Shown here: positions 36,990-46,138 of the stretch, one piece after another
Layout of the letters: every line of letters starts with the position of its first letter
Position numbering within the stretch: the first letter of the stretch is position 1
NCBI GenBank assembly: GCA_046052125.1
Contig: JBJOMY010000006.1
Location: forward strand, 1-64,000
Source: Cyanobacteriota bacterium
Lineage (GTDB): Bacteria; Cyanobacteriota; Cyanobacteriia; PCC-6307; Cyanobiaceae
Direction of reading: 5' to 3'
Length of the DNA: 64,000 bases
Notes under the pieces: model-generated
Told to the model about the DNA's origin: nothing
What the model saw: only the letters and a program-made list of their open reading frames with translations
Database searches by the model: none
Program-made: the position numbers and the translations under genes

Positions 36990-39032
36990 GTGTTGAAGCG
37001 ATCGCCCTGGCTGTGGTGGCTGGTGCTCCTGGGGATCTGGCTGCTGGCCAGCGCCGCAGATCACACCTGGCTCCAGGTGGACCAGCGCCTGCCGGCCTGG
37101 GATCAGGCCGACTATCTCAATAGCGCCATTGATCACGGCCGAGCCCTGGGGCTGCTGCGCGGCGGCAGCTGGCCGGGCTGGCAAGGTCTGCTGGATCTCT
37201 CTCCCAAGATTCCGCCCCTCTCCTCGCTGGTGAGCGGCACGGTGATGGCGGTGACCGGTGAAGACGCCGATGCGGCCAGCTGGGCACTGAGCCTCTGGCA
37301 TGGCTTGCTGCTGCTGGTGGTAGCCCTCTGGGGCCGGCAACTACTCACGCCGGGCTTTGGGCTGCTCGCGGCAACCCTGGTGGCCCTGGCGCCAGCGCTG
37401 AGCGGCCTGCGGGTGGATTTCACCCTCGACATGCCCCTCACCGCCAGCTGCAGCCTGGCCCTGTGGCTGCTCTGGCGCTGGCAGCGCCCGCTGCACGGCG
37501 GCCGCTGGAGCCAAGCCCTGGCCGCTGGGGCCGCCGTTGCCGCGGCCCTCTTGATCAAGCAGAGCGCCCTGCTCGTGCTGGCCTTACCAGCGCTTTGGAG
37601 CTTTGGCCAAGCCCAGGCGCTTCCGCGCAGGCGCTGGCAGGCCTGGGCCGCACTAGCGCTGGTGTTGGCCCTGCTGCTGCCCTGGCTGCATCACAACTGG
37701 ATAACCACCTTGGGCGGCACGGAACGAGCCGTGATCACCTCCGGCGCCGATGAGGGCGATCCAGGCAGCCTCGATCCCCGGAGCCTGATCTGGTACCCGC
37801 GGCTCTGGGGCCAACAGCTGGGCGCCGCCACGCTGGCGGCTGGGCTGGCGGGCCTGGCCCTGTTGGGCTGGGAGCACCGCGGCCGCTGGCGGCAGCGCTG
37901 GCCCGCCGGCTGGGCCTGGCTGCTCGGTGTGGCGATCAGCGGCTGGCTCAGCACCAGCCTCAGCCCCAACAAAGACGAGCGCTACATCGCGCCAGTGCTT
38001 CCTTTATTAGTTCTGTTGCTCACGCGCGGCTGGTGGGCCCTGGGCAGCTGGATCGCCCAGCGCGGCGATGGGCGCTGGGCAGGGGGCGCCCTGGCGCTCG
38101 GATTAGCGAGCGCCGCTGGGATCAATGCCGGCGCCAGCCTCGCTCAGCTCGATCGCCAGCCCCCTTCGAGCGTGGTGGAGGCCATGGGCAGCCTGCGCCA
38201 GAGGGTGGGGAACGAACCCGCCACCCTGCTGATCACCGCCAGCAGCCCCGATCTCAACGAGCACACCCTCACGCTGTTGGGCCGCCAGCAAGGCGGGCAG
38301 ATCCTGGTGCGGCGGCTGGGGCGCAACCCCGGCTCTCAGGAGCTGGCCCTGGATCAGGGCCGTTGGTGGCTAATCGCCAGCGGCGACCAGGGCACTACCC
38401 GTCCATCAGCTCGGGCCCTGAGCCGAGCCGTGCGCCGCGATGGCCGCTACGAGCGGGTGCAGATCTGGCCGTGGAGCAAGCAACGCCAGCTCGAGCTCTG
38501 GCGCCGTAAACCCTCCGCGCCTGAGCCCCAGAGCTTCCAGCAGGGCTTCATCCGCCTGGCGCGGGGGATGGAACAGGGCCCCCGCGGGTTGCAGTCCGTG
38601 TTTGCCGCCATCGGCCCCTGGCATCTGCTCGATCCCCGCTTCAGCTACCAGCAAGACGTGCAGCGCTGGGCCAACGCCCAACTGCAACGCAACCCGAGTG
38701 ATCGCGATGCCCTCTGGAGCCTGGCCCTGGTGGCCGTGCTCCAAAACCGAGCCCAGCAGGCTGACCAGTGGTTTGCCCGGCTGGAGCAGGTGGAAGGCAG
38801 CGGCCACTGGGCTAGTGCCTACCGGAGCGTGGTGCAACTGGCGGGCTGGAACAGCTGCGGCGCGGCCCGCGTGGCTGAAACCACCAGCGCTGATCCCGCC
38901 ACCGGCTCAGTGCTCACGGCCCTGCGCGACCTCAGCCGCAGCCTCTGCTTCGACCCGCGAGGCCCCGCGGCACTGCAGCGCAGCCTGCCCGCAGCCATCA
39001 ACACCGTTAACAGCGGCCTCAAGCAACCGTGA
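36990..39032 (+). CDS. ArnT/PMT-like (GT-C) lipid-carrier-dependent glycosyltransferase
   Basis: WDQADY after TM1, KIPPL, LDMP, LIKQ, NKDERYIAP; many TMs plus soluble C-terminal domain. Confidence 0.8.
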   Translation: MLKRSPWLWWLVLLGIWLLASAADHTWLQVDQRLPAWDQADYLNSAIDHGRALGLLRGGSWPGWQGLLDLSPKIPPLSSLVSGTVMAVTGEDADAASWALSLWHGLLLLVVALWGRQLLTPGFGLLAATLVALAPALSGLRVDFTLDMPLTASCSLALWLLWRWQRPLHGGRWSQALAAGAAVAAALLIKQSALLVLALPALWSFGQAQALPRRRWQAWAALALVLALLLPWLHHNWITTLGGTERAVITSGADEGDPGSLDPRSLIWYPRLWGQQLGAATLAAGLAGLALLGWEHRGRWRQRWPAGWAWLLGVAISGWLSTSLSPNKDERYIAPVLPLLVLLLTRGWWALGSWIAQRGDGRWAGGALALGLASAAGINAGASLAQLDRQPPSSVVEAMGSLRQRVGNEPATLLITASSPDLNEHTLTLLGRQQGGQILVRRLGRNPGSQELALDQGRWWLIASGDQGTTRPSARALSRAVRRDGRYERVQIWPWSKQRQLELWRRKPSAPEPQSFQQGFIRLARGMEQGPRGLQSVFAAIGPWHLLDPRFSYQQDVQRWANAQLQRNPSDRDALWSLALVAVLQNRAQQADQWFARLEQVEGSGHWASAYRSVVQLAGWNSCGAARVAETTSADPATGSVLTALRDLSRSLCFDPRGPAALQRSLPAAINTVNSGLKQP

Positions 39033-40636
39033 ACAAGCCACTCACCCCCGAGCAACGGGTCTGGCTGGCCGCCGGGGTGTTCACCCTGGTGGGCTGGATC
39101 CTGCAGTGGTGGAGGCTGCACAGCCTGGCGGCCACCATGGATCAGGGCATCCTGTTTCAGGTGCTCTGGAACGGCCTGAGCGGCCACCCGTTCGAAAGCA
39201 CCCTCTCGTCGCAGCTCTCCACCAACGTGGTGCATGGGGGCGCTCTGCCGGCCATCGGCTATCACCGCCTGGGCCAACACTTCACACCCACTCTGGCGCT
39301 GTGGATCCCGCTGGTGGCGCTCCTGGGCAAGTGGGCGCTGCCGATGCTTCAGGTGGCCTTGATCGCAGCCGCCGGCCTGGTGCTGCACCGCATCGCCCGG
39401 CTGCGGCTGGAGCCGGATCTGGCCGCGATGATCGGCCTGGCCTTCTTCGGGGCCAACGCCGTGATCGGCCCTGCCCTGGGCAATTTCACCGATCTCAGCC
39501 AGCTGCCGCTGTGCGTGTTTGTGCTGCTGCTGGGATTGTTGGAGCGGCGCCTGGCCTTGATCCTTCCGGCGGCGCTGCTCCTACCGCTGATCCGGGAAGA
39601 CACCGGTGTGGTGCTGGTGGGAATCGGCCTGTGGCTGTTGGTGCGTGATCGCAGCCGCTGGCCCCTGGCCGCAGCCCTGATCGCCTACGGCGGCGGCTGG
39701 GTTGTGCTGGTCACGAACGTGTTGATGCCGCTGTTCAGCCAGGACAACTCGCGGCGATTCATGGTGGAGAACTTCGGCCAATACCTGCAGGGGCAGGAAC
39801 AGGCCAGCAGCCTCGAGGTGGCCGCGCTGGCCCTGCGTCAACCCTTGGTGCTGCTCCAGGAGCTGCTGAACCCGCCACGCCAAACGCTCCTCTATCTGGC
39901 CGGGCAGGGCCTGCCGCTGCTGTTCATCCCCTGGATCGCTCTCGACAGCTGGCTGCTGATGGGTTTGCCGCTGTTAGGGCTGCTCCTGGCCCAGGGATCG
40001 AACAATCCCCTTTCCATCAACATCCGCTACACCTATTTGGTGGTTCCTGGGTTGTTTGTAGGCGCCACGCTTTGGTGGCAGCGCCATCAACAACTGTTCG
40101 CCTCACGGCGTCTCAGGCGGGTGTGGGCTGGCTGCATTGTGCTCTCGCTGCTGTTCACCTTGGGCAGCAACCCCAATCGCAGCCTCTCCTGGCTCATGCC
40201 AGACAGCATCCAGCCGCTGGTTTATCGCAACCCGGCGCGGCAGTGGCAACACGCGCAGCAGGCCCATGCGGCCCTTGGACTGATCCCCGCTGATGCAAGC
40301 GTGGCTGCGGGCAGTCAGCTGATCCCCCACCTGGCGGCGCGGCAGGTTCTGGTGCGCTTCCCCGACCATCTGGGCTATCAAACCCGTGATGGCCAGGCCT
40401 TACCGGTGGACTGGATCGCCGTGGATCTCGACCACCAGATCCGCTACGCCAAGGCCTTCCCTCAGGAGCAAAAAGCGCTCAAGAAAACCATGCGGCTGCT
40501 GAACACCCTCAGCCGAAACGATTACCGCGTGCAGCAGGTGAGCGATGGCGTGGTGCTGCTGCAGCGCGACGGGGCTCTCAATCCCCAGGCTCAACAGCAG
40601 CTGGATCAGTTGCTGGAGACCGCGAAGCAGCGCTGA
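39029..40636 (+). CDS. DUF2079 membrane protein (predicted GT-C fold)
   Basis: MDQGILFQ, GQHFTP, NF.D, IREDT, RY; multi-TM. Confidence 0.8.
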   Translation: MNKPLTPEQRVWLAAGVFTLVGWILQWWRLHSLAATMDQGILFQVLWNGLSGHPFESTLSSQLSTNVVHGGALPAIGYHRLGQHFTPTLALWIPLVALLGKWALPMLQVALIAAAGLVLHRIARLRLEPDLAAMIGLAFFGANAVIGPALGNFTDLSQLPLCVFVLLLGLLERRLALILPAALLLPLIREDTGVVLVGIGLWLLVRDRSRWPLAAALIAYGGGWVVLVTNVLMPLFSQDNSRRFMVENFGQYLQGQEQASSLEVAALALRQPLVLLQELLNPPRQTLLYLAGQGLPLLFIPWIALDSWLLMGLPLLGLLLAQGSNNPLSINIRYTYLVVPGLFVGATLWWQRHQQLFASRRLRRVWAGCIVLSLLFTLGSNPNRSLSWLMPDSIQPLVYRNPARQWQHAQQAHAALGLIPADASVAAGSQLIPHLAARQVLVRFPDHLGYQTRDGQALPVDWIAVDLDHQIRYAKAFPQEQKALKKTMRLLNTLSRNDYRVQQVSDGVVLLQRDGALNPQAQQQLDQLLETAKQR

Positions 40637-41288
40637 ATGCCCAGTAGCGGGTGTGCAGAAACAGCCCCACCGACATCAGCACTTCGATGCCCTCCTGGTC
40701 GTTGCGAATGCGCTCGGCGTGGCTGATCCAGCTGAGATCGAAATAGGTGTAAAACAGCGCCACGATCAGGAAATAGAGGCTGTAGCGGCGGGCGGGCCAA
40801 GCCTCAATCCGCGGCATCCAACGCCAGCCGGCAAAGCCAAAGAACAAGCCCGCAGCGATAAACGACACGTGCAAGTAGTTCTGCACCGCCGGCAAGTTGT
40901 GGATATTGGTTTCCTTCTGGGCATTCACCTCACGCAACGCTTCCACACCCCAGCCATGGATGCGCTCACCCCAGCTGATCTCTTCTGAGGCCACATAGAA
41001 CAGAAACAGCGTGAGCAACAGCCACGCCAGGAACTGCAGCGAACGCCACTGCCGGCGGCGCAGCCACAGCACCCGCAAACTGCAAACGCAGGAACCGGCA
41101 TAGGCCGCAAACTGCAGCCACTCGGCCGGTCCGTCCTCGCCCGTGGTCCAGGCTTCGAACACCCCGAAGGGCAGGAAATACACCAGCCCGTAGAGCACCA
41201 GCATGTAAATCAGGGGTGCCAGATCCACCGCCGGGGTGAGGCTGCCCCAGGCGGTGTGGATCGTGCGCGGCTGCCGCTCCGTGCTCAT
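40578..41288 (-). CDS. Hypothetical integral membrane protein
   Basis: 5-6 TMs; EDGPAEWLQ, EEISWGER, NAQKETNIHN, DQE motifs. Confidence 0.75.
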   Translation of the reverse strand: MSTERQPRTIHTAWGSLTPAVDLAPLIYMLVLYGLVYFLPFGVFEAWTTGEDGPAEWLQFAAYAGSCVCSLRVLWLRRRQWRSLQFLAWLLLTLFLFYVASEEISWGERIHGWGVEALREVNAQKETNIHNLPAVQNYLHVSFIAAGLFFGFAGWRWMPRIEAWPARRYSLYFLIVALFYTYFDLSWISHAERIRNDQEGIEVLMSVGLFLHTRYWAFSAASRSPATDPAAVEPGD

Positions 41289-41385
41289 GCAACGCCTCAA
41301 CCTTTCCGGAACCTTAAGGCTGCGTTAACAGCGCAGATGCTTTGCTGATTCACAGCACTCGCGCCCGGTCGATCGGGCTTGCCGG

Positions 41386-42381
41386 ATGACCAGCCCCCCG
41401 AGCGCCGCACCAACGCAGAGCCTCTGGGTAGTGGCCGCCTGCTTTAACGAGGCGGCAGGCATTCGGGCCTTCATTGCAGCGATCGAGGCGCTGGGGCTGG
41501 TGGAGCGGCTGCTACTGATCGACGACGGCTCCCGTGATCAGACCGCAGCGGTGGTGCGGGCCGAAATTGAAGCCAGGCGCGCCCACCCCCAGGCCCTCTC
41601 CCTCAGCCTGATCGAGCTCACCCGCAATTTCGGCAAGGAGGCGGCGATGCTCGCCGGCCTCGATCAGGCCCGCGACCGCTGCGACGCGGTGGTATTGATC
41701 GATGCCGACCTGCAACACCCCCCGGAGCTGATTCCCGAGATGGTGCGGCGCTGGCAGGAGGGGGCCGAGATGGTGACCGCCATCCGCAGCGCCGAGGATC
41801 AGGAATCACCCCTGAAGATCATCAGCGCAACGGGGTTTTATCGCCTGTTCAACCGCCTCACCGATTCGGTGCAACTGGTGGATGGTGCCGGCGATTTCCG
41901 CCTGCTCAGTCAGCCGGTGGTGCGGGCCCTCACCGACATGCGCGAAGGCACTCGCTTCTCCAAGGCGCTCTTTCCCTGGACCGGCTTTCGCAGCGTGGAC
42001 ATCAGCTACGACCGGCCCGAGCGCAGCAGTGGTGCCACCACCTGGAACATGCGCCGGCTGGTGAGCTACGCCCTCGATGGCATCTTCAGCTTCTCGGTTC
42101 TACCGCTGCGGATCTGGATCGGCGTGGGCACCGTGATCTCGCTGATCAGCCTGGTGTACGCCCTGGTGCTCGTGATCAGCACCCTGCAGCACGGCATCGA
42201 TGTGCCTGGCTACGCCTCCTTGATCGTGGCGGTGCTGTTTCTGGGGGGCGTGCAGCTGATCGGGATCGGCATCCTCGGCGAATACATCGGCCGCATCTTT
42301 GAGGAGAGCAAGCGACGGCCGCCCTACCTGGTGCGCCGCATCAGCGCCTCGGCCTCCCGCTCCCGCCAAGGCGAGGCATAA
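41386..42381 (+). CDS. GtrB-like polyprenyl-phosphate glycosyltransferase (GT2)
   Basis: FNE, IDDGSRD, RNFGKEAA, DADLQHPP, GDFRL, two C-terminal TMs. Confidence 0.9.
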   Translation: MTSPPSAAPTQSLWVVAACFNEAAGIRAFIAAIEALGLVERLLLIDDGSRDQTAAVVRAEIEARRAHPQALSLSLIELTRNFGKEAAMLAGLDQARDRCDAVVLIDADLQHPPELIPEMVRRWQEGAEMVTAIRSAEDQESPLKIISATGFYRLFNRLTDSVQLVDGAGDFRLLSQPVVRALTDMREGTRFSKALFPWTGFRSVDISYDRPERSSGATTWNMRRLVSYALDGIFSFSVLPLRIWIGVGTVISLISLVYALVLVISTLQHGIDVPGYASLIVAVLFLGGVQLIGIGILGEYIGRIFEESKRRPPYLVRRISASASRSRQGEA

Positions 42382-43616
42382 AAACTGCGCGACAGCGGAT
42401 AGGCGGCGAGCTCCGGTGCATCGGCTGGGCAGCCCTCAGCGGGATGGGCCAGCACCAGCCCGCCCCGCGCGCCAAGTCTCCGACTGGCCGCAGCCAGAAC
42501 GGCTACGTCCATCAGGCCGGTGAACAGCACGCCAGAGAAGCCGCTATTGGTGGCGATGCCGCGGCGGGCGAGCTCCTGGGCCCGGCCACTGTTGAGCATC
42601 CGCAGCAGCAGCCATTTGATCGGGCCCAGGCTCCGCAAACTGCCCCACCAAGTCGCCAGCGGGATGCCTCGCCACAGCCAGGGCTCCTGCAAGGTGCGGA
42701 TCCACACAGGCCTCAGCGCCGAAGGTAGCTCCCGCACTTGCTCCCAAACCAAGGGGGTCAGGTGCACATGCTGATGCCCATCCAAAGCCAGGGGCCGGCC
42801 AGGGAACAGCTCCTGAAAGCGCCGCACTTGGGCCTGAAGTTCACAGCTCAGCTGGCGAGCCAGCCGCCGCCGAAGCGACCACCAGGGCGGCAGGCAGCCG
42901 AGCAGCAGCAGGCGCCCAAAGCTCAAGGCCAATCGGCCCTCGGAATCCAGGAGATCAGGCACCTCCAAAGGATCCGTGGCAGGAAGCCCTTCACTGAGGC
43001 ACAGATGCAGGGCCACCTCTAAGCCGGACCGAAGCGCGCAGGCTCCGGCAGCCGCCTCTGCCGCCGGAGCCGCCACCAACACGCTGGCGGAATCCAAGGC
43101 TCCGGCGTCATGGAGGCGCAGGATCGTGGCATTCACCGCCGGATGCAGGCCCAGGTCGTCGGCGTGAAAACGCAGGGGAGGCACCGCTGGATCGGGGTTG
43201 AGTTCGGCAGGGGCCGCCTGGCGCTCGCGGCGGCCACGGCTATGGCGCGCTGCCAAAGACCAAATCAGATAGTTGATGGCCGTGGGAGTGAACACCATCA
43301 GGGCGGTCCCTGCGGCGGTGAGCGCCCAGCGGCCCAGCAAGCCAGGCAACAGCAGACTCACCAACACATTGAGGCTGATCTGAATGAACAGCCAGCGCCG
43401 CGGAAAGGGTGCACCACCGGTGTGCTCCCGGAACGTGAATAGCGCATGGGCCAGATAGCCCCAACACGAGGCCAAGAGGAAGCCCGCGAGGTTGGCGAGA
43501 GCCAGCGACCACCCCCAGCGTTCACCCCCCAGCAGCACAAGCGCATGGATAGCGGCGGCCACCCCACCAACGCCGCCGTAACGGATCAGCTCAGCCAGCC
43601 TTGCCGGAACACCCAC
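42324..43616 (-). CDS. GtrA-like flippase fused to a YdjC/ChbG/HpnK-family deacetylase
   Basis: N-terminal 4 TMs (IRYGGVG...AN...FTF); C-terminal HADDLGL, HLCLSEG, DGHQHVH, AHP. Confidence 0.85.
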   Translation of the reverse strand: MGVPARLAELIRYGGVGGVAAAIHALVLLGGERWGWSLALANLAGFLLASCWGYLAHALFTFREHTGGAPFPRRWLFIQISLNVLVSLLLPGLLGRWALTAAGTALMVFTPTAINYLIWSLAARHSRGRRERQAAPAELNPDPAVPPLRFHADDLGLHPAVNATILRLHDAGALDSASVLVAAPAAEAAAGACALRSGLEVALHLCLSEGLPATDPLEVPDLLDSEGRLALSFGRLLLLGCLPPWWSLRRRLARQLSCELQAQVRRFQELFPGRPLALDGHQHVHLTPLVWEQVRELPSALRPVWIRTLQEPWLWRGIPLATWWGSLRSLGPIKWLLLRMLNSGRAQELARRGIATNSGFSGVLFTGLMDVAVLAAASRRLGARGGLVLAHPAEGCPADAPELAAYPLSRSFYASPWREREAEALMRRTR

Positions 43617-43674
43617 AGCCGCTCATGGCCAGCGCCGGCAGCCTATGGGAAGCTCGGCCTCTGAGCATCGATTC

Positions 43675-45087
43675 ATGCAGGAGAGCCAAAGCCTTCCCCC
43701 GCGCAATCTCCTCCTCACCAGTGGGGTGATTGCGCTGCTGTTTTGGGCTTGCGCTGCAGCTCGGCATGCCCTGCTGCAAAGCAACGCCTACGACCTTGGC
43801 CTGTTCGACCAATGGATCTGGCTGCTGAGCCGCGGCCTACCGCCTCTCTCCTCGATGGAGGGGGTGCATTTGTTGGCCGATCACGGCGCCTGGATGCTCT
43901 ACGGCGCAGCACTGCCCTATCGCCTGCTCGGGAGTGTGCAGTGGTTGCTCGCCAGCCAGGCCGCAGCATTGAGCTTCACTGCCCTGCCGCTGTGGTGGGT
44001 GGGCCGTCAGGCAGGCCTGAGTCCGCGGCTCTGCTGGCTGGTCTGCGGCCTGTGGTGGCTGCAGCCGGTGGTCTTCAACGCCAACCTCTTTGATTTTCAC
44101 CCGGAGGTGTGGGTGATGCCGGCCCTGGCCGGCTGCTACTGGGCCAGCCGCGCCGAGCGGCCCTGGCTGTGGTTTGCCCTGCTGCTGCTGCTGCTCGGTA
44201 GCCGCGACGGGCTGGTGCTGGTGGTGGCGGGACTGGGCCTCGAGCAGGGGCTGCGCCGCCGTTGGATCTGGGCCGGCGCCGCCCTCGGCCTGGCGCTGGG
44301 GTGGCTCGCCCTGCTGAATCGCTGGCTCTATCCCCTGCTCAAGGGAAGCGATGCGGGCCCGAAGGCAGCGGGAGCTTTGTTTTCTTACCTGGGCGACAGC
44401 CTGGATGTGGTGCTGGTGAATCTGATCACCCGGCCGGATCTGGTGATCCAGCACGTGGATTGGGCCGGTGGGCTCGTGTATCTGCTGCTGATCAGCGTGG
44501 CCGTGGCGCCGTTCTGGAGAAAGTCCTCACTGCCAGTGCTGCTGGGGGCCCTGCCGCTGGTGCTCGTGAACGTGCTCTCGGAGGAGGCGCCGCAGCGCAC
44601 GCTGGTGCATCACTACAGCCTGCCGGTGGCCGTGATTGTGGTGGTGGCGGCCATCGATGGCCTGGCGCTGCAGCCTCGACAGCCGGTGCCCTGGCGGCGC
44701 TTCGCCTGGAGTGCCCTCTGCTGGGCGGCCCTGGCCAAACCCTGGTTCTTCACCGGGCCCTATCTGGAGCGGGTGGATCAGCTGCCGGCCGTGCAGGAGG
44801 CCATCGCCGCCGTATCGGCCGAAGCGCGCCTGAGCACCACCAGCTATCTCGTGCCGCAGTTGAGCCAACGCAGCCAGGTGAGCTTTCCCCGCACCCGGCG
44901 CGACAAGACCCGCCTTGAGCAACTCGATGCGCTGCTGCTCAATCCGCGTGACCCCGGCTGGGGCTCCTCACGCCAGCGTCAACTGCAACTGCTGCGGCAG
45001 GCCCGAGCCGCCGGTTGGACCTGTCAGCGCTGGGACAATGGCCTCGAGCTCTGCCAGAAAAACGATGCCCCCGGAGAGCGCAGCTAA
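43675..45087 (+). CDS. DUF2079 membrane protein (predicted GT-C fold), second copy
   Basis: AYDLGLFDQ, LADH, FDFHPE, SRDG, HHYS. Confidence 0.85.
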   Translation: MQESQSLPPRNLLLTSGVIALLFWACAAARHALLQSNAYDLGLFDQWIWLLSRGLPPLSSMEGVHLLADHGAWMLYGAALPYRLLGSVQWLLASQAAALSFTALPLWWVGRQAGLSPRLCWLVCGLWWLQPVVFNANLFDFHPEVWVMPALAGCYWASRAERPWLWFALLLLLLGSRDGLVLVVAGLGLEQGLRRRWIWAGAALGLALGWLALLNRWLYPLLKGSDAGPKAAGALFSYLGDSLDVVLVNLITRPDLVIQHVDWAGGLVYLLLISVAVAPFWRKSSLPVLLGALPLVLVNVLSEEAPQRTLVHHYSLPVAVIVVVAAIDGLALQPRQPVPWRRFAWSALCWAALAKPWFFTGPYLERVDQLPAVQEAIAAVSAEARLSTTSYLVPQLSQRSQVSFPRTRRDKTRLEQLDALLLNPRDPGWGSSRQRQLQLLRQARAAGWTCQRWDNGLELCQKNDAPGERS

Positions 45088-45328
45088 TGCTGGCTCTCCG
45101 GGGGCTCTCGCCGGGTCCGCTATGGCGCGGAACCGATTGATCTAGGAATCAGGCGCCGTAATCAGCCGGCGTTCTCCGCGATCAGCAGACCCTGCATGGA
45201 ACAACTGTGACTCACGTGCACCTCCTCCTTGGGGGATTGATGTCAACCGGCGATGCATTCGGCACCTGCGAAGCGCGAACGCTGCACAGAAGCCACATCA
45301 CTGCTGACGGAACTCGCACACACTAACG

Positions 45329-45356
45329 AAAAAGCCCCGCCGGAGCGGGGCTTTTT
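45329..45356. terminator. Bidirectional intrinsic terminator downstream of psaL
   Basis: aaaaagccccgc-cgga-gcggggcttttt. Confidence 0.9.
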
Positions 45357-45392
45357 GCAATCGAACCAGCGAAGGCGCGAGTTGGGCTGATC

Positions 45393-45884
45393 TCAGCCGA
45401 CGCTCCAGACGCCACCGGCGATCTTCACCAGGGGAGACACGATGGTGGTGCCGGCGAGGAACCAGGCGAAAGCTGCGCCGCCGCAACCGCCGAGCCAGAA
45501 GCCGCTGGCGAACTCAGCCCAGCCAGCCTTGGTGAACAGATCGGCAGGGGGGTTGTCGATGGTGGCGTCAGCGGGCTGCACGTTGGGGCCGCGACCAGCG
45601 GTGCCGTAGATCGAGAGGCACACGGTGAGGATCGACACCAGACCCACAGCCGCCAGCAGACCGGCGGTGCTGGCGTATTCAGTGGCGCGCAGCGGGCCAG
45701 TGATGGCGAAGGGGCCGTAAAGGAAGAAGCCATGGGCCATTCCCACTTCCAAACCGCGACGGTTGGGGGAGAGGGAGGGGCGGTAGGCCGGCAGCGCGTT
45801 CAGAAAAGCGCGGCTGAAGTAGCTGCTGTTAACAGGGGTGGCCAGATTGCCGACGCAGGGGTCGGCGACAGGGGTCACGGTCAT
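45393..45884 (-). CDS. psaL: Photosystem I subunit XI
   Basis: [32 protein letters not shown]. Confidence 0.97.
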   Translation of the reverse strand: MTVTPVADPCVGNLATPVNSSYFSRAFLNALPAYRPSLSPNRRGLEVGMAHGFFLYGPFAITGPLRATEYASTAGLLAAVGLVSILTVCLSIYGTAGRGPNVQPADATIDNPPADLFTKAGWAEFASGFWLGGCGGAAFAWFLAGTTIVSPLVKIAGGVWSVG

Positions 45885-45926
45885 CGGTGCAATGAAGGTG
45901 GTTGGCTGAGATGAAGCGGCGACGGC

Positions 45927-46043
45927 TCAGTCGCGGGCTTCGATCACGTTGAACAGCAGGGCCATGGCCACCGCAGGACCCAGGATCCCGACAATGGGCA
46001 CGAACACCGAGGGCATCCAGGCGGCGACGAAGTCTCCGGTCAT
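45927..46043 (-). CDS. psaI: Photosystem I subunit VIII (not in ORF track)
   Basis: Hand-translated MTGDFVAAWMPSVFVPIVGILGPAVAMALLFNVIEARD. Confidence 0.93.
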   Translation of the reverse strand: MTGDFVAAWMPSVFVPIVGILGPAVAMALLFNVIEARD

Positions 46044-46138
46044 CAGCGTGGGCCAATACAGCTACCGTTCGGCAGTGTAAGGAGCCCGTTCGGAACTGCT
46101 TTCAAGCGGCGGAAGGGGCGACATAAAAGTTCAGACCC

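Noticed and set aside
33346..37123. Long plus-strand ORFs (541 aa and 614 aa) antisense to the porins
   Set aside because: Shadow frames of strongly codon-biased genes; no recognisable motifs or RBS
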